Below are positions 33,087 through 47,565 of a stretch of 64,000 nucleotides of DNA, one piece after another (position 1 is the first letter of the stretch; the number at the start of each line of letters is the position of its first letter). A model generated the notes under the pieces. The model was not told the DNA's origin. It saw only the letters and a list, made by a program, of their open reading frames with translations, and searched no databases. Made by a program: the position numbers and the translations under genes. Origin of the DNA: Zancudomyces culisetae HAW-14-8 (taxonomy: Eukaryota; Fungi; Kickxellomycota). The DNA lies in the NCBI GenBank assembly GCA_052426225.1, contig JBNJNM010000013.1, positions 1,426,001 through 1,490,000 on the forward strand, given 5' to 3'.

Positions 33087-36000
33087 ATCAAGATCGAAAG
33101 ATACAGTAAGGAATGCAGCGTCAAAGGCAGGTAAACCTGTAAAGGAGCTGACTAAGGACTCATTTGCTTATACCTAACTGATGAAAAAGTTTAACGAACT
33201 CACGGTAAACATTATATCTAAACTCGATGAGGTGGTTGATAAAAAATTGAAAGAGTCCGAGAATCGCAGAAGGTTCTTTAGTCAAACACGTATGAAGGAA
33301 TGCTACATCAGCCACAACGGCTATCACAAGAATTATGATGGCCCTAAGTGGAAAGCCAATGCACAACCATCTGAAGACGTAAAGGAAAAGGACCAGCATA
33401 TCAACTTACTTGATTTAGTCGAAAAAGCAGAGTCTAAGGAAGAGTTGTACGATCTGGAAAAACGGAAGTTCAACTCACTAGCTGATAAATCCAGTAGTCG
33501 CCGAGTCGGTAGGCCAGGTTGGAAGAAAGAAACACGGAAGCTGTAGTGGACAAAATAACCGAAGACCCAAAAAATGCTCCGAAATCCGGCAACCCTTCTA
33601 TTATTTCAGCTGCCAATAAACATAAGGGATATTCAATTTTAGAAGAAATAGAAAGACTATATCCTAAAATAAAATTACTTCAGTTGATCGAAAATTCGCC
33701 CACACAAGCTAAGCAGTTTTTAAACCACATCAAGAAAGACAACGTTCAAGAAGTAGATAAAATATGTACATACGAGAATAAAATATCTAACAGCAAAGTA
33801 CTTACTAAAATATTCAATCGCCATCTGTGGTCAGTTATCGATACTGGGGCCGCTTGTTCGGTTATTTCTGCAAATCTCTTTGAAGACTTAGGTTTACAGG
33901 TTCAGGAACAGACAAACCAAGTTGTAGTTACAGCTGATGGAAAAAAGCACGCAACGCTCGGGAAAATCTATGGAGTTCCGCTAAAAATCTCAACAATAGA
34001 ATTCCCAATAGATTTAATTGTAATGGACAGACAAGACGATACTCTCATTCTTGGACAGATTGGATGTTGCGGCATCAGATAACCCTCAACATGAAATCAC
34101 ATGAGCTACGCTTACCTATTGAGCAGGCTGCGGTTACTACTAAGATATTGAATACTTCAAATAAACTGTTAGAGGAAAATGAAGCGGAAATATATCTTGT
34201 CATTAAGGACCCTCCAGATTTAGAAGCAACTACTAATAAACCAGTATACGACATGATTGTTGATCAATATACAGATATATTTGTCAACGACATTTCCCAA
34301 CTTACAAGTACATAAGTATCAGAGCACAAAATAGAATTGACGGAAAATAAACCAATAAAGCAAAGGCTTTACCGTATTCCACACAGATTGTTAGAGAAGG
34401 TTAGACTTGAACTTACTGTTATGGAACAACAAGAAATAATATCACCATGTGTCTCTGAATGGTGTTCGCCTATTGTTATAGTATTTAAAAATAATGGCAA
34501 AATGCGAATATGAGTAGATTATAAATAATTAAATTTAATTACTAAAAAATACACATATCATTTACCAGTGATTGATTACATTTATATTGCACTCTCGGGA
34601 TCTGCAATATTCAGCACACTCGATGCGATGAGTGGCTTTTGACAGATCAAGATGCAGGAAAGAGATAAAACATTAACCGCATTTGCAATACCCGGAAGTG
34701 GGAGCTATCAGTTTAATGTCACGTCTTTCGGCTTAACAAACAGCCCCGCTACTTTCCAACGCACTATGGAGACGGTCCTTGCTCCTGTTCTTTGGAGAAC
34801 GGCTATCGTGTTTGTGGATGATATAATTAAATTTTTGAAAACTGCAGAAGAACATTCTAAACATTTAGAGGTGTGATGATCCAATCATGTCATTAATTTA
34901 ATTGGTTAAATTTTCAGTTATTTTTTTTTGTTCAATTATTTTAGTATTTATGAAATTAATATCTTATTGCTTTTGAATTTTTAGCAATAAAATATAATAT
35001 TATAATTTAACTAATAAGTACTTGGGTATAACACTCATGACAAGAATAAGTTTTCGAGCTATTAAGGAAAAACAAAATTCAATTACACAAAGATAAATGT
35101 AATATCGGATTTGAGAAACTTGATTACCTCGGTCATTCTGTGTCAAAAGAAGGTATTGGAACTAATAAAAGCAAAGTCCAAGCAATCCGGAGTATGAAGC
35201 AACCGTCTAATATAAAAGAACTACAATCCTTTTTCGGTATGATAGGTTATTACAGGAAATATGTAAAAGAATACTCAATTGTTGCTAGCCCACTCACCAT
35301 GCTACTAAAGAAGGGTAAATCTTGGGATTGGGGACCGAAACAAGAGGAGGCTATGAATACCCTCAAAAGACGTCTAATATCTACACCAATACTGGTCCAT
35401 CCTGATTGGGACAAAACATTCATCGTTACAACAGATGCTTCAGTAGTAGGAATAGGAGCAATCCTTTCCCAAAACTTTAGTGAAGGCAAAAAGGTTATAG
35501 AATATGCCAGCCGAACCACGAATAAAGCGGAGAAAAACTACTCTATAACTCATTTAGAAGGGTTAGCATTAGAATGGGCTATAAATAAGTTTAAGTACTA
35601 CTTATATGGAAAGAAATTTATAGTAAGGACCGACCACAAGTCACTCTTACAACTCTTTAATGGTTCAGAATTAACTGGCCGGGTTGCCCGCTGGGACATA
35701 TTGTTGCGAAATTATGAATACGATATAGAACATTTCTTTGGAACGAGGAACCCAGCTGACAGCTTGTCAAGATTACCTGGCTTGTCAACAGACTCAGATT
35801 CAAGTGAAATTTTAGAAGTAAATGCTATAGAATATCCTAAATATTGTGCAATTACTAGTTACTTACAAAAAACTTTATTACCAAACAACCTGTCAACGAT
35901 TTTATTCAAAGTGTTAAAACAGAATCTGGAAACTTTAATTATTTTAACGATAAGTTATATCTAAATATTAAAAAAAAATATAAAGTACTGACGATAAAAA

Positions 36001-37515
36001 TGTGTTAAAAGATATTAAAAAATAGATGAAGATGCTCACGAAGGGATCGAAAATACCTGGAGACGTAATCTGATTGCTACTGGGCCTCGAACCTATACAA
36101 AGACGTATATAAAATAGTTAACGCATGCCACTTATGTCAAACCTTTAAGGATGGGAGAACTCTTAAGAATCCACTCGTTCCAATTATGTCGAAAAAACCT
36201 TTTGAAATAGTTGGTATGGATGCCATAGGACCCATAAACCCGCCTACAAAGAATGGGAATAGATACATACTTACCGCAGTTGATTATACTACCAAATGGC
36301 CCATTGCTACTGCTGTACCTAACCTGTTAAGTGAAACAGTTATAAATTTTATAATATATAATAAATTAAAGAATATGGGATTCCACAAAAAATAATTACT
36401 GACCGCGGTCCCAGCTTTGTCAGCTCCGCTACGACAAGTTATACGAGTGGCTGGTATCAATCATGCACCAATAACGCCATATCGACCTCAGAACAATGGC
36501 AGGTCGAGCGATTAAATCAGTCCCTAAAGAACATTTTAAGAAAACAATGTTATGAAGATAAGGAAAATTGGGATTGCTACTTATAGAAAACACTAATTAT
36601 ATTAGAACAACGAGAAATAAGTCTATCTAATACTCATCTTCTAAATGTTATATGGTTGTAAGTTAAACTTTCTTTCGACTGGAAGTATAATGGAGATATT
36701 GAAAATTTTGAGGAGTTGGTTAATGTAAGGATTAATTGTATTAAAAATGAAATACCTGAAATACGAAAATAAGTTACATAAAAAATTTGGAAGCGAAAAA
36801 ATCAGATGAAATTCGATACAACAAAAAAGTATAAAAATTTTCCTTCAAAGTTGAAGATAAGGTATTGAAATTAGTTGAATATGATAAGCCAAAATTAGAA
36901 AAATTATGGGAAGGCCCATATGAAATTGAAACTGTTCTAGACAAAGGAGCTATGTAATTCGAGACCAATACGGAAACCGAATTTCAATTCATGGGGATTC
37001 GTTGAAATTATATTTTCATTATGAAAAAATGATTCCAGACGATATTTCAAAATTAAAATCCAAATTAAAACGGTATAAGCAGAGTTAGCACGATGAGTAC
37101 AATCGAGCTTAAAGTCGGGGGTACTGTCGTATAGCGAGCATACGATGGAAGATATAGGTGATTAAATAGTAAATATTTATTTTTATTCTATATGTTTTGA
37201 TTTCTTAACCAACTAAATATTATTATCGAACTACAAATAGTTTTTATATTTATATTGTTGGATATATATTTTTTCTATGTTGTAGAAACAAACATTATAG
37301 TTTATTATATTTATTATATAAGTAAAGTATTTACCGACTCTAATGAAAGAGTGTGCAATAAATAAAGATTAATATATATAATCAATATTAGAAATTTTGT
37401 GCCCTTCCATCATTATATTTCTAGGAAGTAAAAGAAAGATAGTAAACTAAAAATAATAATAAATATATCAAAGATAAATATATCAAGTAAAGTAATTTTC
37501 AGTATACGACTGACA
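33087..37515 (+). mobile_element. Degenerate non-chromodomain Ty3/gypsy element W (B-related), 3' LTR 37125-37515
   Basis: Many stops and frameshifts; WSVIDTGAACS, VFVDD, TTDASVVGIG, WEGPYE; PPT GGGGGTAC; LTR related to 42330-42713. Confidence 0.88.
34872..35042. mobile_element. 171-bp LTR-like insertion in the RT of element W
   Basis: TGTGATGA...TCATGACA termini interrupt HLE/EVFE; start resembles 42721; TSD degenerate. Confidence 0.65.
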
Positions 37516-37801
37516 TTAAATATATATAATAGTATATCTTTTAGTTCTAATTCTTACTTATTCTTTTTTGACTCAAAATTTAAAAACTAACTAAATAACA
37601 TAAACTAACTTATATCTACTAAATCAAAATATATTATTATTATGCTAATTTTTAGCGATGGAATTTATTTGCCAGCAACAAAAAACTAATCAAAAATATG
37701 TCGTATCTGTTATACGACATTGTTGTTGATGCCTACAATAGGAGCAACATTTCCATTGGTTAAACGTGTTTTGGAATTTAAGTTAGATTTTTTGTAGATT
37801 A

Positions 37802-39344
37802 CAGTGAGTTTCAAAATTCTCAAATATTATTAATATTTTTCAAAGCGTAATATCTCGCTCATTATTATCCAGTTATTTATTTATATTATATTACATAATG
37901 CACAATTGACATAATTTATATATATATAATTTAATATTATAGTTTAAAAATCCATTATGAAATTAAAAATTAAATATAATTAAATTGAGACAATTTTTAT
38001 TTTTATCCATAAAAAATATACTATTATATATTTATATATTTAATCTAAAATTTTTAAAAATTTAATTTAATAGTATATATAATTATTATACTAAAATAAT
38101 TCATCATTAATTAAATGATATCTGAACAATGTAAGCCGGTTCTAAAAAACTCGATACTTGAAGTCAGAAGCATTGACCAAATCATTATATAAAATGATGT
38201 TAGTAAAGCAACAATATACAGATTTAAAGCAGCAATGAATATCAATATACCGGCTAATAAACGCGGTCGTTGAGCGAAGCTTTCACCCCAAAGCAAGCGA
38301 ATATGTACTAGGATGATATTATCTGGAGAGTATCGATCTGCTACTTCGATACAAAAGAAGTTAGAAATGGATAATATTATTAGTGCTAGTAAGTCTACAA
38401 TATATAGGGCTTTTAATGATTTAAAAGCCGTTGCAAAAAAAAAAACCTCCAAACCGAAACTGAGCCTTAAAAATATTGCAAAAAAGCTGAGATTCGCAAA
38501 ATCTCATCGCCACTGGACTACTGATGATTGGCGACGAGTAATTTGGTCCGACGAAACTAAAATCAATCGATTTGGATCTGATGGAAATGAATGGAATTGG
38601 GTTCGTGATGGTGTCAGTCTACAGCCGCAAAATATTAACCAGACCGTAAAACACAGTTTAAGATTACTGTTGATTTGGGGTTACATCACAGCATTTGAAA
38701 CTGGCTACATATGACTAATAGAAGGAATGTTAAACAACGAAGGTTATTTAAACATTTTAAAAGACGAGCTTAGCAATACAATAAGTACTACAAGTTGGAT
38801 CCCAAGTCAATAATATTTCAACATGACAATGATCCTAAACATACCGCAAAGTTAGTTACCAGCTGGCTTGAAAACCAGAAATATAATACATTGGACTGGC
38901 CGCCACAATCTCCAGACTTAAACCCAATCGAAACTATATGGGCAATCATCAAAAGACGCCTAAATAGATACAGTAAACCTCCGTCCGGGATGATCGAATT
39001 ATGGGAGCGAATAGAATCGGAATGGAATTAAATTTCAGTGGAAACAATACTTGGTCTAATAGATAGTATGTCCAAAACCGTTGAGGCAGTTATCAAGTCT
39101 AAAGGAAAGTGACAGAATTTTAAAGTATTTTTTGATACAATCATAAAATAGTCTCATTATAAAAAAATTTTCAATTTATAATTTCATAATGAATTTTTAA
39201 CCAATACAAATACAGTTTAGATAATTTATATTTTAACATTGTTGCATTATAAAATATAAAAAACAAATAATTTCTGGAATTATTGAACGAGATATTACAC
39301 TTTGTAATTTATTTCTTTATTTTGAGAAATTTTTGATCTCACTG
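37802..39344 (+). mobile_element. Tc1-like transposon family 1 copy 2, defective transposase
   Basis: TA-CAGTGAG...CTCACTG TIRs; ORFs 38313-38714 and 38795-39031. Confidence 0.92.
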
Positions 39345-41427
39345 ATAATCCCGGACACCAATACGTCCCATTTAGCTATTGCCAAATCGGACAAAGCTGA
39401 AGTGTCCCATCTGTCATGAAGTTTTTTGAGAATTTCTTGATGTTCATTCGGGGTCTCGACTGTTCTCCTGTTTTGTTTCTCGCATATCTTTTTAACCTAT
39501 TTCTTACTATTATAAATACTTTAGTTATTTATGAAAGACAGTTTTCGCCATAATCCTTTTGATAATCTGTAAATATCTTTTTCTCTCAAAATTTTAAATC
39601 GTTTATTTATGTGTCTTCCACATTTACTGCAACTGATACATACATAGGGCGACTTAATTAACCTAAGGCAACATTATCATTTCTTTTTCGATGTTCCAAG
39701 GTAAATTTGTATACTGACAATGAGTGATTCCACTTTGCGACTCGGAATGTCGGAACAGGACGAGTCATCAGGTAATTAACAGCCGAGTTATCAGAAAGAT
39801 TTTAAACACTCTATATAATATATATGAACGAAAGTGTTTTACAGCGAGTACAACAGCTAAACACTCTCTTTCGTATACGGAGTATCGACTCAGTGCACCA
39901 TCTAACTTCCATGACAAATATGCTACAGGGTATTATACTCCCTCAATGTCAGGATCTGAACTTGGATATAATATATTTATTAATAAACTGAAATATGTTT
40001 GAATAATCTAAACGAAACAAAACTGGTTGTAAAACTTATCGTTCTATCATGATAATCGCAAATCTTGTATACTTTTAATGATGGGACGATATGTTCAAAT
40101 TAAACTATATTCAAAACATAATTTATACATTAAATTAAACAATGAAATTAATAATGTGGAGGTCGGTAAATGTTATATATATAATTAAAACCATAACAAT
40201 AATTTATGATAAAATTAATTACATAGTTTTGTATTAATCTATTTATCACTAGACACTGAGTGTATAAGTTATCTTGACTGTTATATAAACATAAATTACC
40301 ATATTTGAAATGTATAATATTTTAAGTTTATTGTAACTATAAATTTCTATAGTATGTAGTTTTACAATATAAAATAATGAAAGTAAAATACTTAAAACAC
40401 TATACTTAAAGATAAACATGTTTCTAAATATAATGGTCATCTACTTCACATTAACATTTGATATTTTGGTATTACCCCAAATTATTAATATAATTCTTAC
40501 TTCATATATTAATATTTTTTGAGTAAGTTAAAGTGAATATAATGCATTAAAGATACATATTGATATTTTAAATATATATAAAAAATTGAATATTTTAATA
40601 AATAGTTCATAACATTTGTAAACAATTGTAAGATTAAATTATCAAAATTATCATTGTAATAAAGTTTTTGTTTAAGTATATTATAATACTAATTCAAAAT
40701 CTTATCATGATATATTCATGACAGCTAAATCCATTGAAATCTCCCAATTGTCCTTGGGAAGCAGTTTCAATGGACTTCGTTGTGGAGTTACCTCAGTCTG
40801 GAGGTAACACGGTAGTACTAGTTGTTGTGGATCGCCTAACCAAGATGGCCCACTTTATTCCGCTCAAGAGTACACCGTCAGCTTCCGAAACTGCCACAAA
40901 GTTCATGGAGTACATGTTCAAGCTTCACGGTAGGCCTCGTAGCATTGTCTCTGATCGGGGATCCCAATTCGTCTTCAAGTTCTGGAAAGAACTAACCCGA
41001 CTCCTGAAGATTGAACTCCACATGTCATCATCATACCATCCACAGTCTGATGGTCAGACAGAACAGGTCAACCAGATACTCGAGCAGTATCTACGTTGCT
41101 TCGTTAACTACCATCAGGATAATTGGATTCACCTGTTGCCCATGGCTGAGTTCGCATGCAACAATGCAACTCATGCTTCCACTAAAGTTAGCCCTTTCTA
41201 TGCCAACTATGGGTACAATCCCCAACTGGTAATCGACTCCGTCTCTGAATCCAATGTCCCCAGAGCATCACAGTTTGCTTCACAGTTACTCTGCATTCAA
41301 TCACAACTCAAGGATCAACTAGATCGTACTTAAGAACGATTAAGCACTTTGCAGGTAAGAAACGCTCAGGTTCGACTGTTTTCCTTCCAGGGTCTAAGGT
41401 ATGGCTGTCCCAAGCTAACATCAAATC

Positions 41428-41905
41428 TGTTATGAATACACATGTATCATAACAATATTGTATATTTAATACAATATGGTATTAACTAATATTAATGATA
41501 TTAAATGTGTAACATTAATATTAATTAATTTTTAGTTAATATTATTTAATTATTATTTAATAATTAGTTTAAAACATTAATATTATTACAATGATCAATA
41601 TTAAATGTGTCATCATTAATATTAGTAAAATAATGAAATAAGTATATTATTTATATATATTTATCATAATATTAGTTTTGGTTTTATATTACGTTTTATT
41701 ATAAACTTAGTTGTATAAAAGGGTATACATTTTCCTTTGATGAAAAACTAAGTTTAACAATCTCGTTAATTACAATAAAGTTATATTAGTTATATTTTAT
41801 AATTACTGTGTGTTTTCATAAACAAAAAATTAATAGCTTTCAATAACTAACTGTGTGATAGTTTGTTAATACCATTATTATTGGGTATAATATTGGTATC
41901 TAACA
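41428..41905. mobile_element. Solo LTR inserted in the integrase of V
   Basis: TGTTA...TAACA interrupts NIKS/MRPS; flanks AATC/ACTC. Confidence 0.8.
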
Positions 41906-42329
41906 ACTCCATGAGACCATCCCAGAAGATATATTTCAAATATGTGAGATCATTTGAAATTCTAGAAATGGTCAATCCTGTTGCTGCCAGACTAAAGCTA
42001 CTTAGTTCAATGAGAATACATCCTGTGTTCCATACTTCATTACTTAAACCATACAAACTGACCTCATACACTGGACGTCCCCAGTTGCCACCACCACCGA
42101 TAATCATTGATAATCAAGAAGAGTAAGAGGTATCGGCTATCCTAGATACTAAGATACATAGAGGTAAACTCAAGTATTTAATAGACTGGAAAGGTTACTC
42201 TCCAGAGGATCGAACATGGGAGCCTGCTGAAGATGTTCATGCTCTTGATCTATATCCGATTTTATTGCTAAGTACATTGACAAGCCACGATCAAAAGCCA
42301 AATTAATGATGGTGTTATATAATATCTTC

Positions 42330-42713
42330 TGTTAGTCGAGTACAATTATGTTATCCTTGATGGTTGTCTAACATTATATTTGTATTTATAATTTATTAGA
42401 ATTAGTATTTTCTCTTTGTTATACTCTTAAAAATAAATTATGGAAGGGCACAAACTATAAATTTTGTAGGATATTATATTTAATAGTTCACACTTTTTCG
42501 TGGAGCCGGTGCTTACTCCATTTATACTTAATATTAATTTTACTATTTTTAATTTTTACAACATAGAATAAATATATTATCAAATTATATGTTAATAACT
42601 AGCTGAAGATCGTTAATTTCATATAGTTTTCTAATAAATCAATAACTAAAACGTAGAAATAAATATTTGTAAAAATATATCTTAATATATTTATTGTAAC
42701 TCGCTATACGACA
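42330..42713 (-). mobile_element. LTR related to the element W LTR
   Basis: Inverted match of TGTCGTATAGCGAG start and CGACT(A/G)ACA end. Confidence 0.7.
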
Positions 42714-44667
42714 AGGGTGTTGTCACGATCCAATCATGAAATTTAGGGTAGCTCAAAATTATGTTTGTTTTTGGGTCAAAACAAAAATGAAATTAATTAT
42801 GATTAAAACTGACATAACCATAAAATATAATTCATTCTAGACCGTTGTGTCAATTTAATTAAATAGTTATGTTTAAATTACGAATTTTATATAATTAATT
42901 TATAATTATCATTAAGGATTTTTAATATCATTCTAGAATTTTTATTGATAATTAATAATTTTATAAAAATGTTTATGTCTTTAACATTTTGATTAGTAAT
43001 CAAGCTATAAATCAATAATTTTAATAACAAGTTTCTACCTTTTTTAAATTTATAAATACCCTAGATTTTTTCTTAAATTTTATATTCCTCATCTGACAAC
43101 ATTATCTCAATCAATTTAAATAGTACTAAACTCAATATTTCTCACCAGTCTTGACAATTACCAAATTAATCACGTACTGTGCAAATGCAATTTTACACAT
43201 TTTGTGTAAAACAAAATTTTTTAATTACTTTATCATTCACCAACCTATAAATTCTTATTAATAATTTATAGTTATGTTCTACTTAGTTTTTTGACTTCAA
43301 TTGATTATTTTGTCAATAATATATGTATTTAATATAGAGTTTTAAATATTATTATATAGATTATTTTTTAAATTCTATAAATATTATTTATCAATTATGT
43401 AATTTATTATATAACGAATATTAAAATTAACAATATTTAAAACTCAGTTACAAGTATTGACAGGAATCTAGATAGAAACCAGTATTTTAGCTATATAATA
43501 CTATTATTTCTGTATCTCCTGTCAAAATAATTAGTTTAATCACATTCAGTTAATAATATATCTTCAATGATCGCAATATATTTGATCTTCATGAGATCAA
43601 ATTAGTTTAATATACTTAGGTATAGATATTTATGAATGCTTAAATTTAAAATAACTATACTACAAGATAAAGTTTATGATTTAACTATTTGATTGACATA
43701 TACATTGTTTATTATATAGTGTAATAATAGTTGTTTTATTATTTATCCGATAATTGTAAATCTAAAGTTTTGGCTGAGTTTGTATAGCACTGTATATGTC
43801 AGATAAGCTCAGATCGCGGATCACATTAGTTCTGATTGCTGATATAGTAAGTTTATTATATATTATTATTATTATAAATTTATAAAACGATAAGTAAATA
43901 TATTGTAATAAGTGCAAACTGTAATAAATATTATAAATGACTAGAAAAGTATATTCGTTAGAATTAGCTAAAGATGTCCTTTTGGGTTGCCAATGCGCAT
44001 TATGTTCACTGACGTTCAGATATTCCAACTAGATTTATAGTTATAATAATATTGATCTTGTAGTATAACGGTAACACACTTTTTGCTAGCGAATCAATTT
44101 CTATACCTTAAAGTTATATTAACATATGAGCACAAGGCAAATTCAATATAATAATGACCCAGAATAGTAAAGATTGAATACTCGAACGAATATCATATAT
44201 ATGGAGAGCGAACAAACTAAATAGCATCTTCAGCCTTTTTTAACCGAATATACTTTACATATACGTACTAAATATAGATTAGTTTTGCTTAGTGTATATT
44301 ATTATTACCACAATTTTATAAGTAATTTAACAATCAATTAACGGCGAACTATCTAGATAAATGATCCGCAACCGGAATTTAACTGAAATATTCAGTGCTA
44401 TACCAAACTCGCCATCACTTTAGCTGCAAAATATATCAAATAACTTATAATACCTACAATATATTACAATATGATCCGAACTTAGTATAACAAAGTCTGT
44501 GATATTCAAACTGGGCCTTCGCATTAGCAGAAAAAATATATAGAAAACTAAAAATATCTACAGTATATTACACTAACATTCTTTATGGTTTTATCGCTAC
44601 GGGATTGCAATTGATATGCTAACAAAAAGAATGAAGGCGAAATCCTGCGATTAATTGTTGATAAAAA

Positions 44668-44739
44668 GAGCTTGACCGGGGATTGAACCCGGGGCCTCTC
44701 GCACCCAAAGCGAGAATCATACCACTAGACCATCAAGCC
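44668..44739 (-). tRNA. tRNA-Pro (TGG)
   Basis: GGCTTGATGGTCTAGTGGTATGATTCTCGCTTTGGGTGCGAGAGGCCCCGGGTTCAATCCCCGGTCAAGCTC followed by TTTTT. Confidence 0.95.
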
Positions 44740-44745
44740 GATATT

Positions 44746-45144
44746 TGTAAAACATCTATCTAAATATATGTTTAAAAATAGACTATTAGCTAAACTATTA
44801 TTTAATACTTATTAATTATAACTTAATCTTTAAATATTGTTTAGATAATACTGTGTTTATTTTAATAAAAGATTGGTGTCGTTACCTCTTTGGATACTAA
44901 ATCCTTCTTTTTATATTGAAATGACTATAAATATAAATGTTGTATAAAAGTATTCTAAAGTATAAAATATTCTCGATATTAGAAAAAGTCTAAAAACTAA
45001 TTCGAGATTCCTAGTAATAAAAACTTATATTAAATATATAATTAAACGTTATCTAGAAAGTAATTAATAAAGTTTTAATAATTTGATAATAATTGTTGTA
45101 TTAACTCAATTCTAGATGAGGTGTACTTCTCTAAAAATATATCA
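44746..45144. mobile_element. Probable solo LTR I, 6 bp upstream of tRNA-Pro
   Basis: TG...CA block separating the two halves of element J's TATT duplication; its own TSD is imperfect. Confidence 0.5.
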
Positions 45145-45146
45145 TT

Positions 45147-45879
45147 TGTTAGCGATTTAGGTTTTTAACCGATATAAAGATTATATTTACTATGTTAACT
45201 AATATATACTAAGTACTATTTTTTCATTGTTACCAAGGTATAACGATATGAAATCAATCCAGTCTTCAGAGCTCCACTTATTCAACTTAGCCATAAGCCG
45301 AAATTCCTCAACCCATTCTTCCGGATCTCTTCCAGTGTTTGCTTCATATACCTTAGGAACATTCATGTTGCAATCAATATATAAATTACTTAATTTTCTA
45401 TAATTTATCCTGTCGCTGACGCCACTGTTAGCGATTTAGGTTCTTTACCGCTATAAAGAATATATTTACTATGTTAACTAATATATACTAAGTACTATTT
45501 TTAATCAAGTTTTCGCTATATATTTTAAAGACTTTAGTAAATAGACCAAACTATGTTTATGTGATTTATTTGATAACGCTACTACAAGAAAAATATGTAG
45601 TATTTATAATAATATAATTATCTATAATAAACTTAACTATATACCTAAACTACTAATAAACCTATAACTATTTTTTTTATATTTGTTCATGCCTAGAAAA
45701 AATCCGATAATGAAAAAAACTATGCATGAACCTAGAATTTATGAATAAACTAATAATATACTGTAACAGATCAAATATTATGATCTACAAAAAGTAATAT
45801 AAAATTAATATAATAAAACCAATATTATTAGAAGGTAGATTATGTAGTGACTGGAGGTGATGTGCGTCGCTATATAACA
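45147..45879 (-). mobile_element. Internally deleted element J: 5' LTR 45426-45879, tRNA-type PBS, gag start, last 76 bp or so of the 3' LTR
   Basis: PBS TGGCGTCAGCGACAGGA (Ser-like, inferred); MNVPKVYEANTGRDPEEWVEEFRLMAKLNKWSSEDWIDFISLYLG homologous to B gag; TSD TATT (44742-44745, 45880-45883). Confidence 0.88.
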
Positions 45880-45884
45880 TATTT

Positions 45885-46291
45885 TGTCAAAAATATTTTT
45901 TCTGTTCTCGGTTGATGCCGACTTTACCGTTTTTGCAAGTATTTTTATTAACTAGACTATATTTTACTACCTGTAAACGGTAGGATCCAGGTTCAATGTT
46001 GTTTTAATAGTTGTTTATTGATAATTATATTTTTGCGAAAAAGACTAGATAAGGTTAATAAAAGTGGGAAACGGACACTATTTATCCGTTTACTTCGAAG
46101 ATTTTAGGACTGAGTAATATAATAGTTTAAAAATATAATATAATGCTAGATAATAGTAACATAGAAACTTAATTATAATAAAGATTACCACATTGTGAAA
46201 AAAACCCTTTGTTAGGAAAAAGCACAATGTTGTAAATCAGTACATCTTATTAAAATAAGATTTACTGATGTACTGTCATTGTAATATGACA
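45885..46291. mobile_element. Solo LTR K
   Basis: TGTCA...TGACA, TSD ATTT. Confidence 0.85.
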
Positions 46292-46295
46292 ATTT

Positions 46296-46711
46296 TGTTG
46301 TGTGCAATGTTACAGCATACCCTACTTATTCTTTATTATTATATAGTTTTAAATATTATAAAATGTTGGGCATTGTTCAACGTAACTTTTTCACCATTGT
46401 GGTTTTTGTTACAATGTGTCCCAAAAACGTTCATAATTTAAGTAGTTAGTTTTATTTTACTTTAATAATTCTTTTACCATTTTACAACACCCTATATAAT
46501 TCGAAACATTCGAACACGGAAACAGTGTTCGAACTTCATCCTTTAGTTTAGCGTTTACTTAAGTATATCTATTACTATTAAAATAAATATATCATATAAA
46601 ATATTATAAGAAAGCTAGTACATGTGTTCTGAACCAAAGAGTTATAGTATTACACAGCCTCGATGTACTGTGGTATACAAAAAAATAAAATAAATTTCAA
46701 ATACTACGACA
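46296..46711. mobile_element. Solo LTR L (relative at 58247-58664)
   Basis: TGTTG...CGACA, TSD ATTT. Confidence 0.85.
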
Positions 46712-46715
46712 ATTT

Positions 46716-47305
46716 TGTTGAATTTATTTTCTTTTTATAGTACTAGTCCAATAGGATTTTCCAAAAAAACTTCCACAAATATCAATCACGGTTCCCTAGC
46801 AGGGTGGGATTACTGACACAGGATTTATTATTTCTAGCCAGTTAACCACTATCTATAAAACCCCCCCGGAAAGAACACAACTGACAAATTCCAAAATTTA
46901 TATTAAAAATAATTTTATTTGAAAGAATTCCTCCCAAAACCTGGAAAATATAGCCAAAATGCCCTTTCCTTACACTAAAATAATAGTATTATGCCTCTCT
47001 ATATTTGTTTATTTTTTTTTAGTGTGGTTTTGATCGGATTTACAAAATTTTCAATTTATACTATTAATTTACTAATTAATTGAGTAAAAATAAATCCACT
47101 AATAAAATATAAAATCGATTCGACAATAAAATAAATTGATTTGTACTATTAAATTTGCTGTAAAATTGACAAAAATATATGACATGGTCATAATTTTTGT
47201 ACTCTAAATTTAATTGCACAGGAAACAATTTTTTCAAAATTGATTTCTCTGCTATTTTGCTGCAATGAAAGCGAATAATTTAAGTTGATGCTTTTGCATA
47301 CAACA
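46716..47305. mobile_element. Solo LTR M
   Basis: TGTTG...CAACA, TSD ATTT. Confidence 0.82.
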
Positions 47306-47310
47306 ATTTT

Positions 47311-47562
47311 TGTTGTGTGTTGCCATGTTTAAGCTCCCATTTATTGTTGTTTACACCAAATACACACGGGACGGGTCATTTACTTACCAATAACTATATG
47401 CTGCGAATTATTATATAGTTATTAAGATTTAGCAAAAGAGGAAATATATTTAGTTAAACAAAAATTTCAATTTTATACAATAAAATCTACAAAATATCTA
47501 AATAAAAATTACTAAACACAATTAACCAATGGAAATGTTTCACCTATTGTAGGCATACAACA
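47311..47562. mobile_element. Solo LTR N (family E)
   Basis: Copy of 12727-12981; TSD TTTT includes the first T of LTR O. Confidence 0.87.
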
Positions 47563-47565
47563 TTT

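Larger units (their letters stand above)
40724..43156 (+). mobile_element. Degenerate chromovirus 3' fragment V (integrase, chromodomain, probable 3' LTR 42721-43156) carrying nested LTRs
   Basis: ORFs 40734-41333 and 41863-42126; ...KYLIDWKGYSPEDRTWEP at about 42170-42225. Confidence 0.8.

Noticed and set aside
39345-40170. Possible host gene (ORF 39724-40002 and neighbouring GC-richer DNA)
   Set aside because: No recognisable domain and multiple stops; probably an old transposon remnant that I cannot identify.
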